From assembly GCA_047495785.1 (NCBI GenBank), contig JBLDXI010000034.1, positions 434,001 to 498,000 on the forward strand: a stretch of DNA of 64,000 nucleotides, in the 5' to 3' direction. A program made the position numbers and the translations under genes. Below the pieces are notes generated by a model, which saw only the letters and a list, made by a program, of their open reading frames with translations, searched no databases and had not been told where the DNA came from. Below, in pieces: positions 37,955-48,344 of this stretch (position 1 is its first letter; the number at the start of each line of letters is the position of its first letter). The stretch is from Lepidodermella squamata. Taxonomy: Eukaryota; Animalia; Gastrotricha.

Positions 37955-39180
37955 ATGATCGCAAGGATCTACGTTATTTTTGCGATTGTCAAAGCCTGCT
38001 TTGCTTCGAATGAGTTGGCAATCGCAGCGTTGAAGCAAAAGGTGATGACAAGCTGTCCATTTCTAACTTCGGCTGATCTGCTATTCGAGAATAAGCTAGC
38101 AACTGGCAGTCCGATTACAGTTTTCACTTGGGTTAATATGACTCGTTTCATTGAAATCAACGATTTAGACCAAAGGTAAAGAAACCCTATCTAAACGCAA
38201 TGTCAATCCTTGAATCTATCAACAGGCTCTCAATTTACGCGACAATGATGCTGTATTGGAAACTCCCTTGCAATGTCTCCTACTCAGAATTGAACTCTAC
38301 AAAGAGTAAGATGGACAAGCTACTTCAACACGGAGCTCTCGAATTCGGAATGGCTGGTCAGTCCAACTGGGAGCCTAATGTTATCCATTACAACTCAGTC
38401 GGCAAATCAAACGTGAAAGACAGGTATATTTTCCATAGACCTCACCTAACCCTTGAAAATGTGGGTTTAAGCTGGTCTGGCTCAACGAAGGTCGAGGTTA
38501 ATCCTCAATCTGGATCGGTTATCGGAAGTTGGGAAGGTTTGGGCCGCTTCGACTCAGCATGCGGTGGTTTCTCATTCGAAAAATTCCCATTTGACAAGCT
38601 ATCTTGCGCCATTGTACTACGAGCTGAATCCTCGAGAAAATACCTCACCTACAACATATCATATTTCGGCATAGATGCTAGCAAAATGGACGATTTTATT
38701 GACGATAGCGATTTGTGGACGTACGAAGGAAGTGGGGCTGAAAAACTTGTCGATCAAAGCTGCGATCTTCTCATGCTAACCACGCGTTTCCAGCGCCGCC
38801 ATTTGTATTATATCTGCAATCTATTCGTGCCTATTATCGGCCTTTTCCTGCTGCAAATGGGTAGCTTGATGATGCCGCCGAGTGTCCCTGATCGGCCAAC
38901 ATTCAGCATGACTGTTGTACTGGCTTACGTTTTCCTCTTAACATCGATCTTCGAAAGCATCCCTCGAACTTCAGATGCAGTCTATCTCGTCCTTCTTGTG
39001 GCGTTCAAATTTTTCTGTGGAATATTTCTGACAATGTACAACCTAGCTGCATGCGCTTTTGCTGGGAAAAGGTTCAAGGACCCTCATACCTTGAGATACT
39101 TTGATTTAGCTGTGTTTTTATTGCTGACTCTAATTACGTTTGCTGTCGATTTTGCTTTCATGGTTCTAATGTTAACATGA
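37955..39180 (+). CDS. Divergent Cys-loop ligand-gated ion channel subunit
   Basis: Exons 37955-38175 and 38226-39180. Signal peptide, WEPNV, C..FPFD..C loop, pre-M1 R, four TM helices. Confidence 0.9.
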
Positions 39181-39372
39181 TGAGCTTTGAAATATGAGCA
39201 AATGCGAGGAATCCTTTATAGGTTAAGCCAGGAATAGCTTGCAATCGCACGGGAAATTCTAAAAGCGGACGCTTTTATCACTCCCCACCCACTGGTGATT
39301 TCCCTAATGGGTCTAGAACCCGAGCCAAAAGATGCAGTACATGGCAAAATTAAACCTTCAAAATCACGAATA

Positions 39373-41556
39373 ATGCTGTTTGTTTTAGCAATCTTCCTCA
39401 GGTTTGAAACAGCCGTAATCGCGGCTAAAAATGCTGGAATTCAAATATTAGCCCTTCTCCCCATGGGTAGCAATGACCCACTAAGCGGTCAGGCTTGTGC
39501 AGCAGCAACGCAAGTCGCGATTGATGGCTTCAATCAAAGATCAGACCTGCTTCCTGGCATCACAGTTCAGGCTGTTTTCAAAGACGAAGGCACAGCTGCT
39601 TCGAAAGCTCCTGTTCAATTCATGGATTTTGTTAACAAAGCTACGACAAGTATAGCCCCGGTTGTAGTCGGAACTTACGGAGTGTGTGAGAACATTTCCC
39701 CACTAGCTCGACAATTCAATATGATCCATGTTTCTTCGAATTGCGGCGGAATCGCTTATACGAACAACCGGAAAAATTTCCCTAATTTATACAGAATTCG
39801 AGTACCAAACGTTTTCGGCCTCTCCGCCGCAATTTTCGCGTTGAAGGCAGGAAAATGGCGTGAAGTCGGCATCATTTTCTCTGGTGATTTCGCTACGTCC
39901 CAATCCTTGTATCAGGCCGCAATTTCGGCTGGTCTCAAGGTTCCACTGTACTCTGGAAGTCCGGATTATGATGAAGGAATTTTCCAAAGTATTCTCGATA
40001 GTAAAGTCCGAGTTCTTATTTCGACCTATGCCGAACCTAGGGCTGTTCAGTTTCTATGTGGGGCTTACAGTATCGGAATACGAGCCCCTCAATTCACCTT
40101 CATCTTCAATGCGAATTCTTATTTCAACCCGTTTTTGAAGGGCTATAAACTCCCTGGGGGTTGCCATATCACTGCAATCGAACAGCAAATCAAGGGCACG
40201 TTTTGGGGTGGATCTTTCGGTTACGCAGTCCTAAACTACGGGAATACATCTCTTGGTTACGATTTGCCTGAATTTGAGGAGAGAGTTGATCGAATTTTGG
40301 CTAGATTCGGCTTAAGTAGACCTCCCGATGACCAAAAACGGCACCAATGCCACGATGCTATGCTTCATGCCCTGATGACAATGGACAAAGCCCAGAAGAC
40401 ACTTACAGCTCAAAACCTATCAATTCTCGATTTCAGTCTTAATCCTTCGAAAATCATGGCTGTTGTTAACGAAAGTGCGAGAAAGATCGATTTCGTAGGG
40501 GTGAGAATAGGGCGGATAACGTATTCTAGCAGGGTTGAATTGGACTCAGAATCTCAACTTGTCGGCCAAATTGTGGATAGACAGCTTCGAATCGTCTACA
40601 GAATTTCGATGTCTGGAAATGCGACTGATCCTAGTGATTACAGGTCCTATAGGGTGGCACAGTCACAAGACCTAGTCTGGGCGACGAAATCTGGAAATCC
40701 GCCGAAAGATTTGAGCGATGTAACTCATCTTGAAGTGAGTATCCCCGAAAGCTACATGATTGCCTCAGCGATCATCGCAACCTTGTCTGTTAGCTTTCTC
40801 GGTATTTTGCTAGCATTGATCCTTAAGAAAAGCTCGGGAGGACTATCGACCAATAAATTCACATACATATTCACAGTTTTAACTGTAATAGCTTCCTTCC
40901 TATTCAGTTTCGAAGGAAATGTCGAGATATTTATGGCTAGAATCGTTCTGGCAGCAATTGGTGTTACCGGAACGAACGCCATGGTTTTGTCTAGCTTAAC
41001 CTTGATCTTCCGAAGCCACAGAAAATACCTTCGAGAAACAGAAAAGAAATCTCAGGTGATCGATTTCATGCTAGAAATCTATAATAATCTGCTGCCTATG
41101 AGATTTACGGCTCTCGCAGCTGTAACTTCAGTTGCTATTGTTGGACTCATCCTCATTTTATGGCTGATAGTTTTGGACACGCCGTTTCTCCTAATCGAGA
41201 CAACCCCAATAGAGTTCAACGAAGTTATGGATTTTTACTTCGATACGTCTTCAACGAAATTCTCATGCAACTATCAGACAGTATGGGTCATCGCAATTAG
41301 CGGCGTGAATGGCTTGATCCTAATAACGGCATTATTACTGGCCTACGAATTGCGACACGCCAAACTTCACCCGATTTTAGCAGTAGAGAATCAAGCCCTC
41401 AAATACGCGACCATAAATTCTATAGGATGTATGATCGTGATATTGCTGAATGTGCTGGTCTTGGATAACTACGTCACGCAACTCGGTGTTTGGACATTCG
41501 GACTGAATCTGTACAGCGTGATGACTTGTCTCATTTTGTTTGTGCCGGGTATTTAG
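39373..41556 (+). CDS. Intronless class C GPCR (GABA-B-like architecture: Venus flytrap + 7TM)
   Basis: Likely start MLFVLAIF (signal peptide). ANF-receptor-type motifs (N.RSDLLPG, FPNLYR), no Cys-rich domain, seven hydrophobic segments ending LFVP. Confidence 0.85.
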   Translation: MLFVLAIFLRFETAVIAAKNAGIQILALLPMGSNDPLSGQACAAATQVAIDGFNQRSDLLPGITVQAVFKDEGTAASKAPVQFMDFVNKATTSIAPVVVGTYGVCENISPLARQFNMIHVSSNCGGIAYTNNRKNFPNLYRIRVPNVFGLSAAIFALKAGKWREVGIIFSGDFATSQSLYQAAISAGLKVPLYSGSPDYDEGIFQSILDSKVRVLISTYAEPRAVQFLCGAYSIGIRAPQFTFIFNANSYFNPFLKGYKLPGGCHITAIEQQIKGTFWGGSFGYAVLNYGNTSLGYDLPEFEERVDRILARFGLSRPPDDQKRHQCHDAMLHALMTMDKAQKTLTAQNLSILDFSLNPSKIMAVVNESARKIDFVGVRIGRITYSSRVELDSESQLVGQIVDRQLRIVYRISMSGNATDPSDYRSYRVAQSQDLVWATKSGNPPKDLSDVTHLEVSIPESYMIASAIIATLSVSFLGILLALILKKSSGGLSTNKFTYIFTVLTVIASFLFSFEGNVEIFMARIVLAAIGVTGTNAMVLSSLTLIFRSHRKYLRETEKKSQVIDFMLEIYNNLLPMRFTALAAVTSVAIVGLILILWLIVLDTPFLLIETTPIEFNEVMDFYFDTSSTKFSCNYQTVWVIAISGVNGLILITALLLAYELRHAKLHPILAVENQALKYATINSIGCMIVILLNVLVLDNYVTQLGVWTFGLNLYSVMTCLILFVPGI

Positions 41557-42321
41557 AAGCTTTTGAACGTTAGTGTTGCGACTGAAACCCGGCTATCTAT
41601 TGTTTCAAATTACAACAGGCCAAGTAGGTCGCGATTGCTTCAACATTAGCAATATTTTTTTAATCATAAAATATGTATTAGCGATTTTTCACTATTCCGG
41701 CTAAGCCGAAATAAAGAGCCGTTATATTCTCTATGAAAACCTGTCTCTATATTATGTGAATATGAATATACAGCTTATTTGCATAAGACCTTAGACCATT
41801 GGCCCCTAACTTAAACGGTCTGTTTTAGGATATGGGTAATTGAAATCCAGAATCGCAGAACGTTTCACTGGTGTGAAGCACGTGAAGGAGCATCCAGGTA
41901 AGGTTGCCGGGTTATCGGGACACGAGTCTCGAAACCTCTGGTGCAGCCTGTTACAACCAAGTTTCTGACTTTCTCAACATATCGACCAATATTTTTCAAA
42001 AAAGTCTGAAATCACAAATTGAACCTTGAAATCCTAAATTAACACCGTGAAAAGCCGAACCCCTTTCATAGCAGGTCGCAGAGGGTTGATTTCTGACGAT
42101 ACATTCTCAACAAAATCTCCTCCAAGTTTCAAGATTGAGACCTCGTTTTGCTGGTTCGTTTTATTTTTCTCAAACTGATAACCTATAAAGCTTATCTCAT
42201 GTAGTTTTAGCAGTTTTAGGCTGAGAACGAAACAGATTTTTCCCAAGGTCAGTCACTACTTAATGCCATCAAAGATATACTATTTCAGTCATAGTTTACA
42301 TTTTCAACCCGAGCAGAATAT

Positions 42322-42564
42322 ATGAGAATGAATTACTCTTTTGTCGCCTTAATGCTGGCTGCAGTCTTCTTATTTGCAGCATTCTTGAATTACGCATCGG
42401 CCCAGGGTGATTGCCTGCCAACTGGCTATGTTTGCCAAAACACGGATGAGTCATGCTGCTCTGGCTCGTAAGTCTTCTATTTTCACCACATTGGTTTACT
42501 CTAAATCGTTCGATGATCAAGGTGCGAATACGTTCACAGCGCTAATTTGGATCTATGCGTTTAG
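42322..42564 (+). CDS. Secreted inhibitor-cystine-knot (knottin) peptide, 62-aa precursor
   Basis: Exons 42322-42467 and 42522-42564 (54-nt gtaagt...ag intron) give MRMNYSFVALMLAAVFLFAAFLNYASA-QGDCLPTGYVCQNTDESCCSGSCEYVHSANLDLCV. AATAAA near 42650. Confidence 0.85.
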
Positions 42565-43009
42565 GGAAGCTGAACCTGAAACAACGAAAATGAGTAATAT
42601 AAGCCCAACTCTACATGACATATTCCTTATGAATCATAATCTTTATCGAAAATAAATGAGTTTTTAGGTAATATACCCATTAAATAGTGGAACGACATGT
42701 GTTATGCACAGCACATACCTATATATTATCAAAATTAAAAGCGACATATGCAATAAAATGTTTATCTCCCCGTTTCGTTATCTCTGATAATGTGTACTTT
42801 GATTCTCACGGGCGATTCTGAATGGCTACTCGTGCCTTTTGAGTGGCAAAGCATCAATAATTTTTTGACTAGCCACGTGCCAATAATTCATCCAACTTTG
42901 TCCATTTCGAGTGTTTCGTGACGTTGCCTAAGAAGCGGTTTCAATAAAGCCGCTTAATTACTTTATCCAAAACATCATCATTGGATAAAAATTCAGAAAA
43001 AATCTCCGA

Positions 43010-44408
43010 ATGGATCACCAACAAGAAATTACCTTCGCCCCAGCTTCAAAGGCCGGTAATCACGAAAAACAGGAAAAGCGACACAATGAGACAGACGAGC
43101 TTTATGACTACATCCTTCTTACCATTTTATTCGTATTCCTTGTTGCATTTTGCGCCTTTTCTGGCATTGCGATATACTACATGGAGTTGGACACGATCCG
43201 CGGGGTGAGAGGAGCTGCGATTGCTAGAGACCCTAACGATTTATCCGACGCTCAAATCTCCTACCTCGAAATTTCTCAGTTTTTTGGTAATTTTTATTAA
43301 ATTTGATATGATTCCATCTTAAAATCGAACTTAAGAACCTGATGTCGTCAGAATGGCTTCAAAAGACGAAGATTCCCTCAATCTATTCCAAGACTCGATA
43401 CAGAGGCTTTTGAAATCTTTCACGGCTCAATCGGCCGGCGACGCTCAGAATAATCGTTGGCGAATAGAAAGCATGAATGAAACCCACTTGAAGCTGATAG
43501 TTAAACCCGAACTTCCAGAATACGTGTTTGGTAAGGTGGTTTCCTTTTACTCAATCAATCTTATAAAATATTGTGCTTCAGATATCTACGGTTCGTTTTT
43601 CTTCTCCTTTGATATTATTACTACGATTGGGTTTGGGAATCGAAATCCGTTGAGCGATGCCGGGAAAAATCTCGCGACTTTCATAGCTATGGTTGGCTGT
43701 CCCTTGCTCGTGCTTTTCTGCGACAAATTGGCGGAAAAATACAACTTGTACCTATTTGTAAACATCTTTTCTCAATATTTTCAAAACTTCTATATTCCAG
43801 GGGCGGCTTACGATTTAGGAGGCGAGTGTTTGGTATCAAAAGCCGGAAATTTCAAAGAATTATCCATGAAGAGAATGCTGCTGCTGCTGGAACAAAGTTC
43901 TGTCGATATTTTTCTACATTTTTCCTCGAAGCTCTAGCCATCACGCTGTTCATCTTACTGCCAGCAATCACCTTCCTTTTCACTGAAAAATGGAATGTAA
44001 TTTTTTATGGTTTTACTCGTTGCAAGATCTTACAGTGATTTTACAGTATCTTGATTCGGTTTACTACGCTGTGAATGCTCTTAGTACTACGGGGTGCGGA
44101 GATTTTCTAGCAGGTAAATCCTTGAAGAAAATCCGTAATTATCCTAACCTCTTTTTTTAGCTGAGAATGAGAATTTACCGTGGCTTACGCTCTATCGAGC
44201 TATTTACATGTTATGGCTTCTTTTTGGTAAAGTTCCTGATGTCCCTAATCATTCCCAAATCTATTGATATTGCTTAGGAATGACTTGGTGGAACGCTTAC
44301 ATTGACAATGGAGCTGATCGGCTAGCTAGGCTATGCGAATGGGCCTTGAAGCCAACAATCGAAAAGCTCAGGAATCGAAACCATCAACCAATGCACCCGA
44401 TAAAATAA
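43010..44408 (+). CDS. Divergent K2P potassium channel, copy 2
   Basis: Exons 43010-43286, 43336-43530, 43582-43747, 43801-43996, 44047-44113, 44161-44226, 44278-44408. P1 TTIGFG, P2 STTGCGD. Confidence 0.88.
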
Positions 44409-44467
44409 CAACAAACTGACCAAAGTTTTATTTCAAGACTTGTTAAGGAATTAAAAAAGAACAAAGG

Positions 44468-45615
44468 TTAAGATCTTTGGGCGGTTTTGGTTTCCCAAAT
44501 AACGTCATCAAGGCTGTCGTAGATAGCAAAATTACAGTCATCACGCATAACAGCTCGATACGGCCCGCGACCTTTGCCGCCCGAGCCAGATGACCAAATG
44601 AGATTCCTATCCAGCGGGTTGTCATACGCGTCCAGAGAACCGTCCTGGTTCAAATAAAGAGCAGCATCGTTGATATGCTTGAACTTCATCGAAGCCCAAA
44701 CAGGTTTGTACTTTTGGTCGTAGATGACGAAGTTGCCGTCGTCTTGCAGCGCCATGAAGCAGTTGCCGTTGTCTGAAACCATGAAGGTAGGGCAGCGACC
44801 CGGGTGGCAAGTATGGGTAGGTTCAATGTAGCTGTGTTCAGATCTGGCGCCAACCTCCCACACCGGCTTATCTTCCCCGTCGTAGATTATCAAGTTACAC
44901 GGAACGGAGCTTCACCACGACCGCCTGATTGTGATATCCAAACTATCCTCTTGTTCGTCAGACCTTCGTAAATTGCGAGAACTCCGAACGGTTCCAGTGT
45001 CATGTACAGGTAAGGCCGGCGTTGGTTCGAAGCGGATTTCGATTCCCAGATGATTGAGTTGTTCTTCGTGAAGGTCATTACGAGATTGCTGTCGATGCCT
45101 AACTTCAGACGGCACTCACCGTTTTCGGAGGTCCAGACCTTTGGGCATACACCAATGCACTCCCAGCTCTCCTCTAAAGTTGATAAAATTAAAATTAAAA
45201 TTAATAAAAAATTAAAACTAATTAATATTAATTAATTAATTAACATTTTTCAATTAAAAAATTAAAAATTTCAATAAAATTTAGAAATTTAGAAAATAAG
45301 TTATTACGTCACCTGGGTCGCAGAACGTGTCGATATCTGGATACCACTTGCCGTTGTCTTGACATGTTGCTGCGGCTTGCAGACCACGGCAGTTCAGCAT
45401 GATTTCAGCCCATATGGCATAGTGGTGCTTCGAGGCGCCGTAAATTTAACCGCGCTAGAAATTCGAGTTGAAACGCTGCCATTCGGAATCTCTGGAACGC
45501 GGCAACGGATGTCCTATTAAAATAAAGTTAATTAAATTCAGAAATTTCAATCGATTCTCACCTCATCCTGAGCAGCTACAAAACAAATCAGAGAAAATAG
45601 GACTAATGGATTCAT
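44468..45615 (-). pseudogene. Secreted sushi/CCP-like + two bulb-type (B) lectin domains, frame-disrupted
   Basis: Signal exon 45615-45562; CCP-like exon (CRVPEIPNG...TCQDNGKW...C); B-lectin motif LQDDGNFVIY. Frameshifting deletion near 44900 (APFR/CNLIIYD vs GPYRAVMRDDCNFAIYD in repeat 2); second break or 47-nt intron near 45410-45475. Confidence 0.75.
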
Positions 45616-46209
45616 TGTTATTATTTCGTAAAATTAGTGAGTGACATACAGTTAAATGAGATTACCACTCTTACACCAGCTTTGCAAGGTGTTGTACCTT
45701 AAATTGCGTCATATTTTCAAACTTCGCGTGTCTCGGCATGTAATGCTAATCCCAAGCTGATGAAGGCACGGATAATTTGTGTTCAGTCATCCGTTAGACG
45801 AAAAAGGACTGTGGTGAGTCTTGTGACATTCATTAATTGGATAGCGAGTTCAACGACCTTCATGACATTCAGCATTTGCTTCGAGTAGTCTCGCCATGAT
45901 TAGCAGTTAAATCGATTACGGAAATCAGAACCTGATAATTAAATGTTTGCGAGCGATTCAGTAATATGATTCAGTAAAACGCTAAGCCAAATAGCTGAGC
46001 TAATAGGAAACCGGAATTGCCGTCAAATTGAATCAAGTTCAAAGCTTTATCTCATATTATAGAAAATTGCCGCGTAAAAGCTGACAACAGTCCGTGACGG
46101 CGGGATGTTTTTCTGCTGAATCTGTCATGAGTTAATTGTAACGCAACGGTCGGTATTTAAACGATTGAACTTTGGCATCGGTGTTTCATTGAATAGCCAC
46201 TTAACTAGA

Positions 46210-46563
46210 ATGGCGAACCTTTTCAAGTTCTGGAACATCGTTTTACTTATTCACATAATCCAATGCGTAGCAGCAAATCAGCATCGATCATTCAAAGGTA
46301 AAACAAGATCGAAATTGTAATTGTTTTTCGCTCATTTTTTGTATTCCTCAGCTGCAAGGAAAGACTTCACTCTTGTAGCTCCATGGGCGAATCGAATAGC
46401 GACCGTAACGAACTACAAATTCAAGCTTGCGGTGAAACGGTGCATTCATAGGCACGGCGGCAAACATTTGAACTCTGAAATGATTGCGATTCACAAACTC
46501 TGCAATCGAGCTGCCGAGAACGAGATAAGGCAACAAGCCTTGAACCGGAGAACGACATTTTAG
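46210..46563 (+). CDS. Small secreted cationic peptide precursor, copy 1 (99 aa)
   Basis: Exons 46210-46297 and 46352-46563. Signal peptide, two Cys, K/R-rich. Paralog at 47341 with the same intron. Confidence 0.8.
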
Positions 46564-47340
46564 GCTGAGGTTTTAGGCTGTAATGTGACTCACGTGATTC
46601 GTGTTTTGTATGCTTTTCTAATCAATAAACGATGAGAATAAAACTCAATTTCTGCGAACACACGAAAGACGCCGGTAGACTAATGAAGTGAGCCTTCTCC
46701 AGCTAAATTTACCAACTGGATAGTTGAGGTACAAGACTTTGGACTGAGGCAGCCGATAGCACTGGTTTCTCATTATTCCAATGGTGCACAGGCCAACACT
46801 TCGGCCTGTCCGTGTGCAGTGAAGCGAATTCATTGAGTTTGAATTTACCGTGGATATGGGAAAGTTACCGGACCGCATTCGGGCCGAAATCGGACTTGGG
46901 CCCCATCATAGGAATATACATCTTCAATCGTCAAAATTCGCCTGTTTGTTGCAGTTGGACAGATGATGTTAGTTCTAGTCATCCGTTTGACAGAAAAGGA
47001 CTACGATGAAACTCGTGACAGGTGGCTTGGTAGTGAAATGACGGTAGCTTTGAAAAGGCTAACTTGATTACTGAAATTAGAACCTTTTTAGCAAATTGAG
47101 TTTGTAAGTTTCATTTCAACGCGCAATGCAGTAAAAAGAAGAGCCAAGTTGCGAAGCTAATAGATGGCTTACATTGACGTCATATTAAATCAGATTCAAG
47201 CGTTTCATCGCATATTAACAGACAACACTGCATGTTTTTCGGTTGAATTTTTCTTAAGAAAATCAATATTGAAACGCTCCATTCTCGGTGTCGCGAAGAT
47301 AAAACTGCCATCAAATACATCGGTGTCAAAATCATTTCCT

Positions 47341-47701
47341 ATGGCGACGCTTTTCAAGATCTGGAACATTGTTGTACTTATCAACATTATACAATGTATA
47401 TTAGCAGCTAACCAAGATATTTTATTCAAAGGTAATTGAAGATCAGAATCTTAACTATTCTAAGCTCATTTTATATATTTTTTCAGCTTCGCGGAAAGAT
47501 TTCACTCTAGTAGCTCCAAGGGCGAATCGAATAGCGACCGTAACGAACTACAGATTCAAGGTTGCAGTGAAACGTTGCATCCATAAATACGGCGGCAAGC
47601 AGGGCAATGCCAATACGATAGTGATTTACAAAATCTGCAATCGAGCCGCCGAGAACGAGTTAAGACATCAAGCCTCGATGAACCGGAAAAAGACCAATTA
47701 G
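47341..47701 (+). CDS. Small secreted cationic peptide precursor, copy 2 (101 aa)
   Basis: Exons 47341-47431 and 47487-47701. Frame and both Cys are conserved with copy 1. Confidence 0.8.
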
Positions 47702-48344
47702 AACTTTGCGTCTTTAAGCCGATTTTCTGTTTTGAATGCTTTTGTACTTAATAAACTAAGAGGACAGGGGATTTAATAATGCTACCTCCTGTAATTGAAG
47801 GACTGACGAAAATTAATTTGTCAATGACTTCGGATATTTGGGACATATGGTGGCAAGTGCCTTGATTTCGAGGGCAAAAATAAGATTATTATGAAAAACA
47901 CCCATTTTCTGTTTGAACAAGAGCCGGATTCAGACACTATGTCTCGTGTTCACATTGAGAGAAGTTCCACGTGATTTTCGAAGTGCACTGCGCATCCCTT
48001 TTCGAATCTGTCTAGACTATCCCATCCATCTCTTATTAAAGCGTACCTTTTTGGGACAGCCCTTTTGAACTCATCATCACATTTCTTTCACATGACGTAT
48101 GCTATTTCGAATAATAGAAGTAACCGGAATTTTGCTAGGACATTCCTGGTCTGTGAAATTAATTGAATCAAAACAGGCCCGTGGTGAGATAAAAAAACAG
48201 GTGACAAAAAACTTTACACCCTTAAACTTGTCACATTTCTAAGAATTGCTAACACATCAATCAAGCCGTGTTGATGAATGGAAAAAATGACCTTTGGACC
48301 CTCAACCAATGACGAGACAACTCTTTATTAATTGAAACATACTA

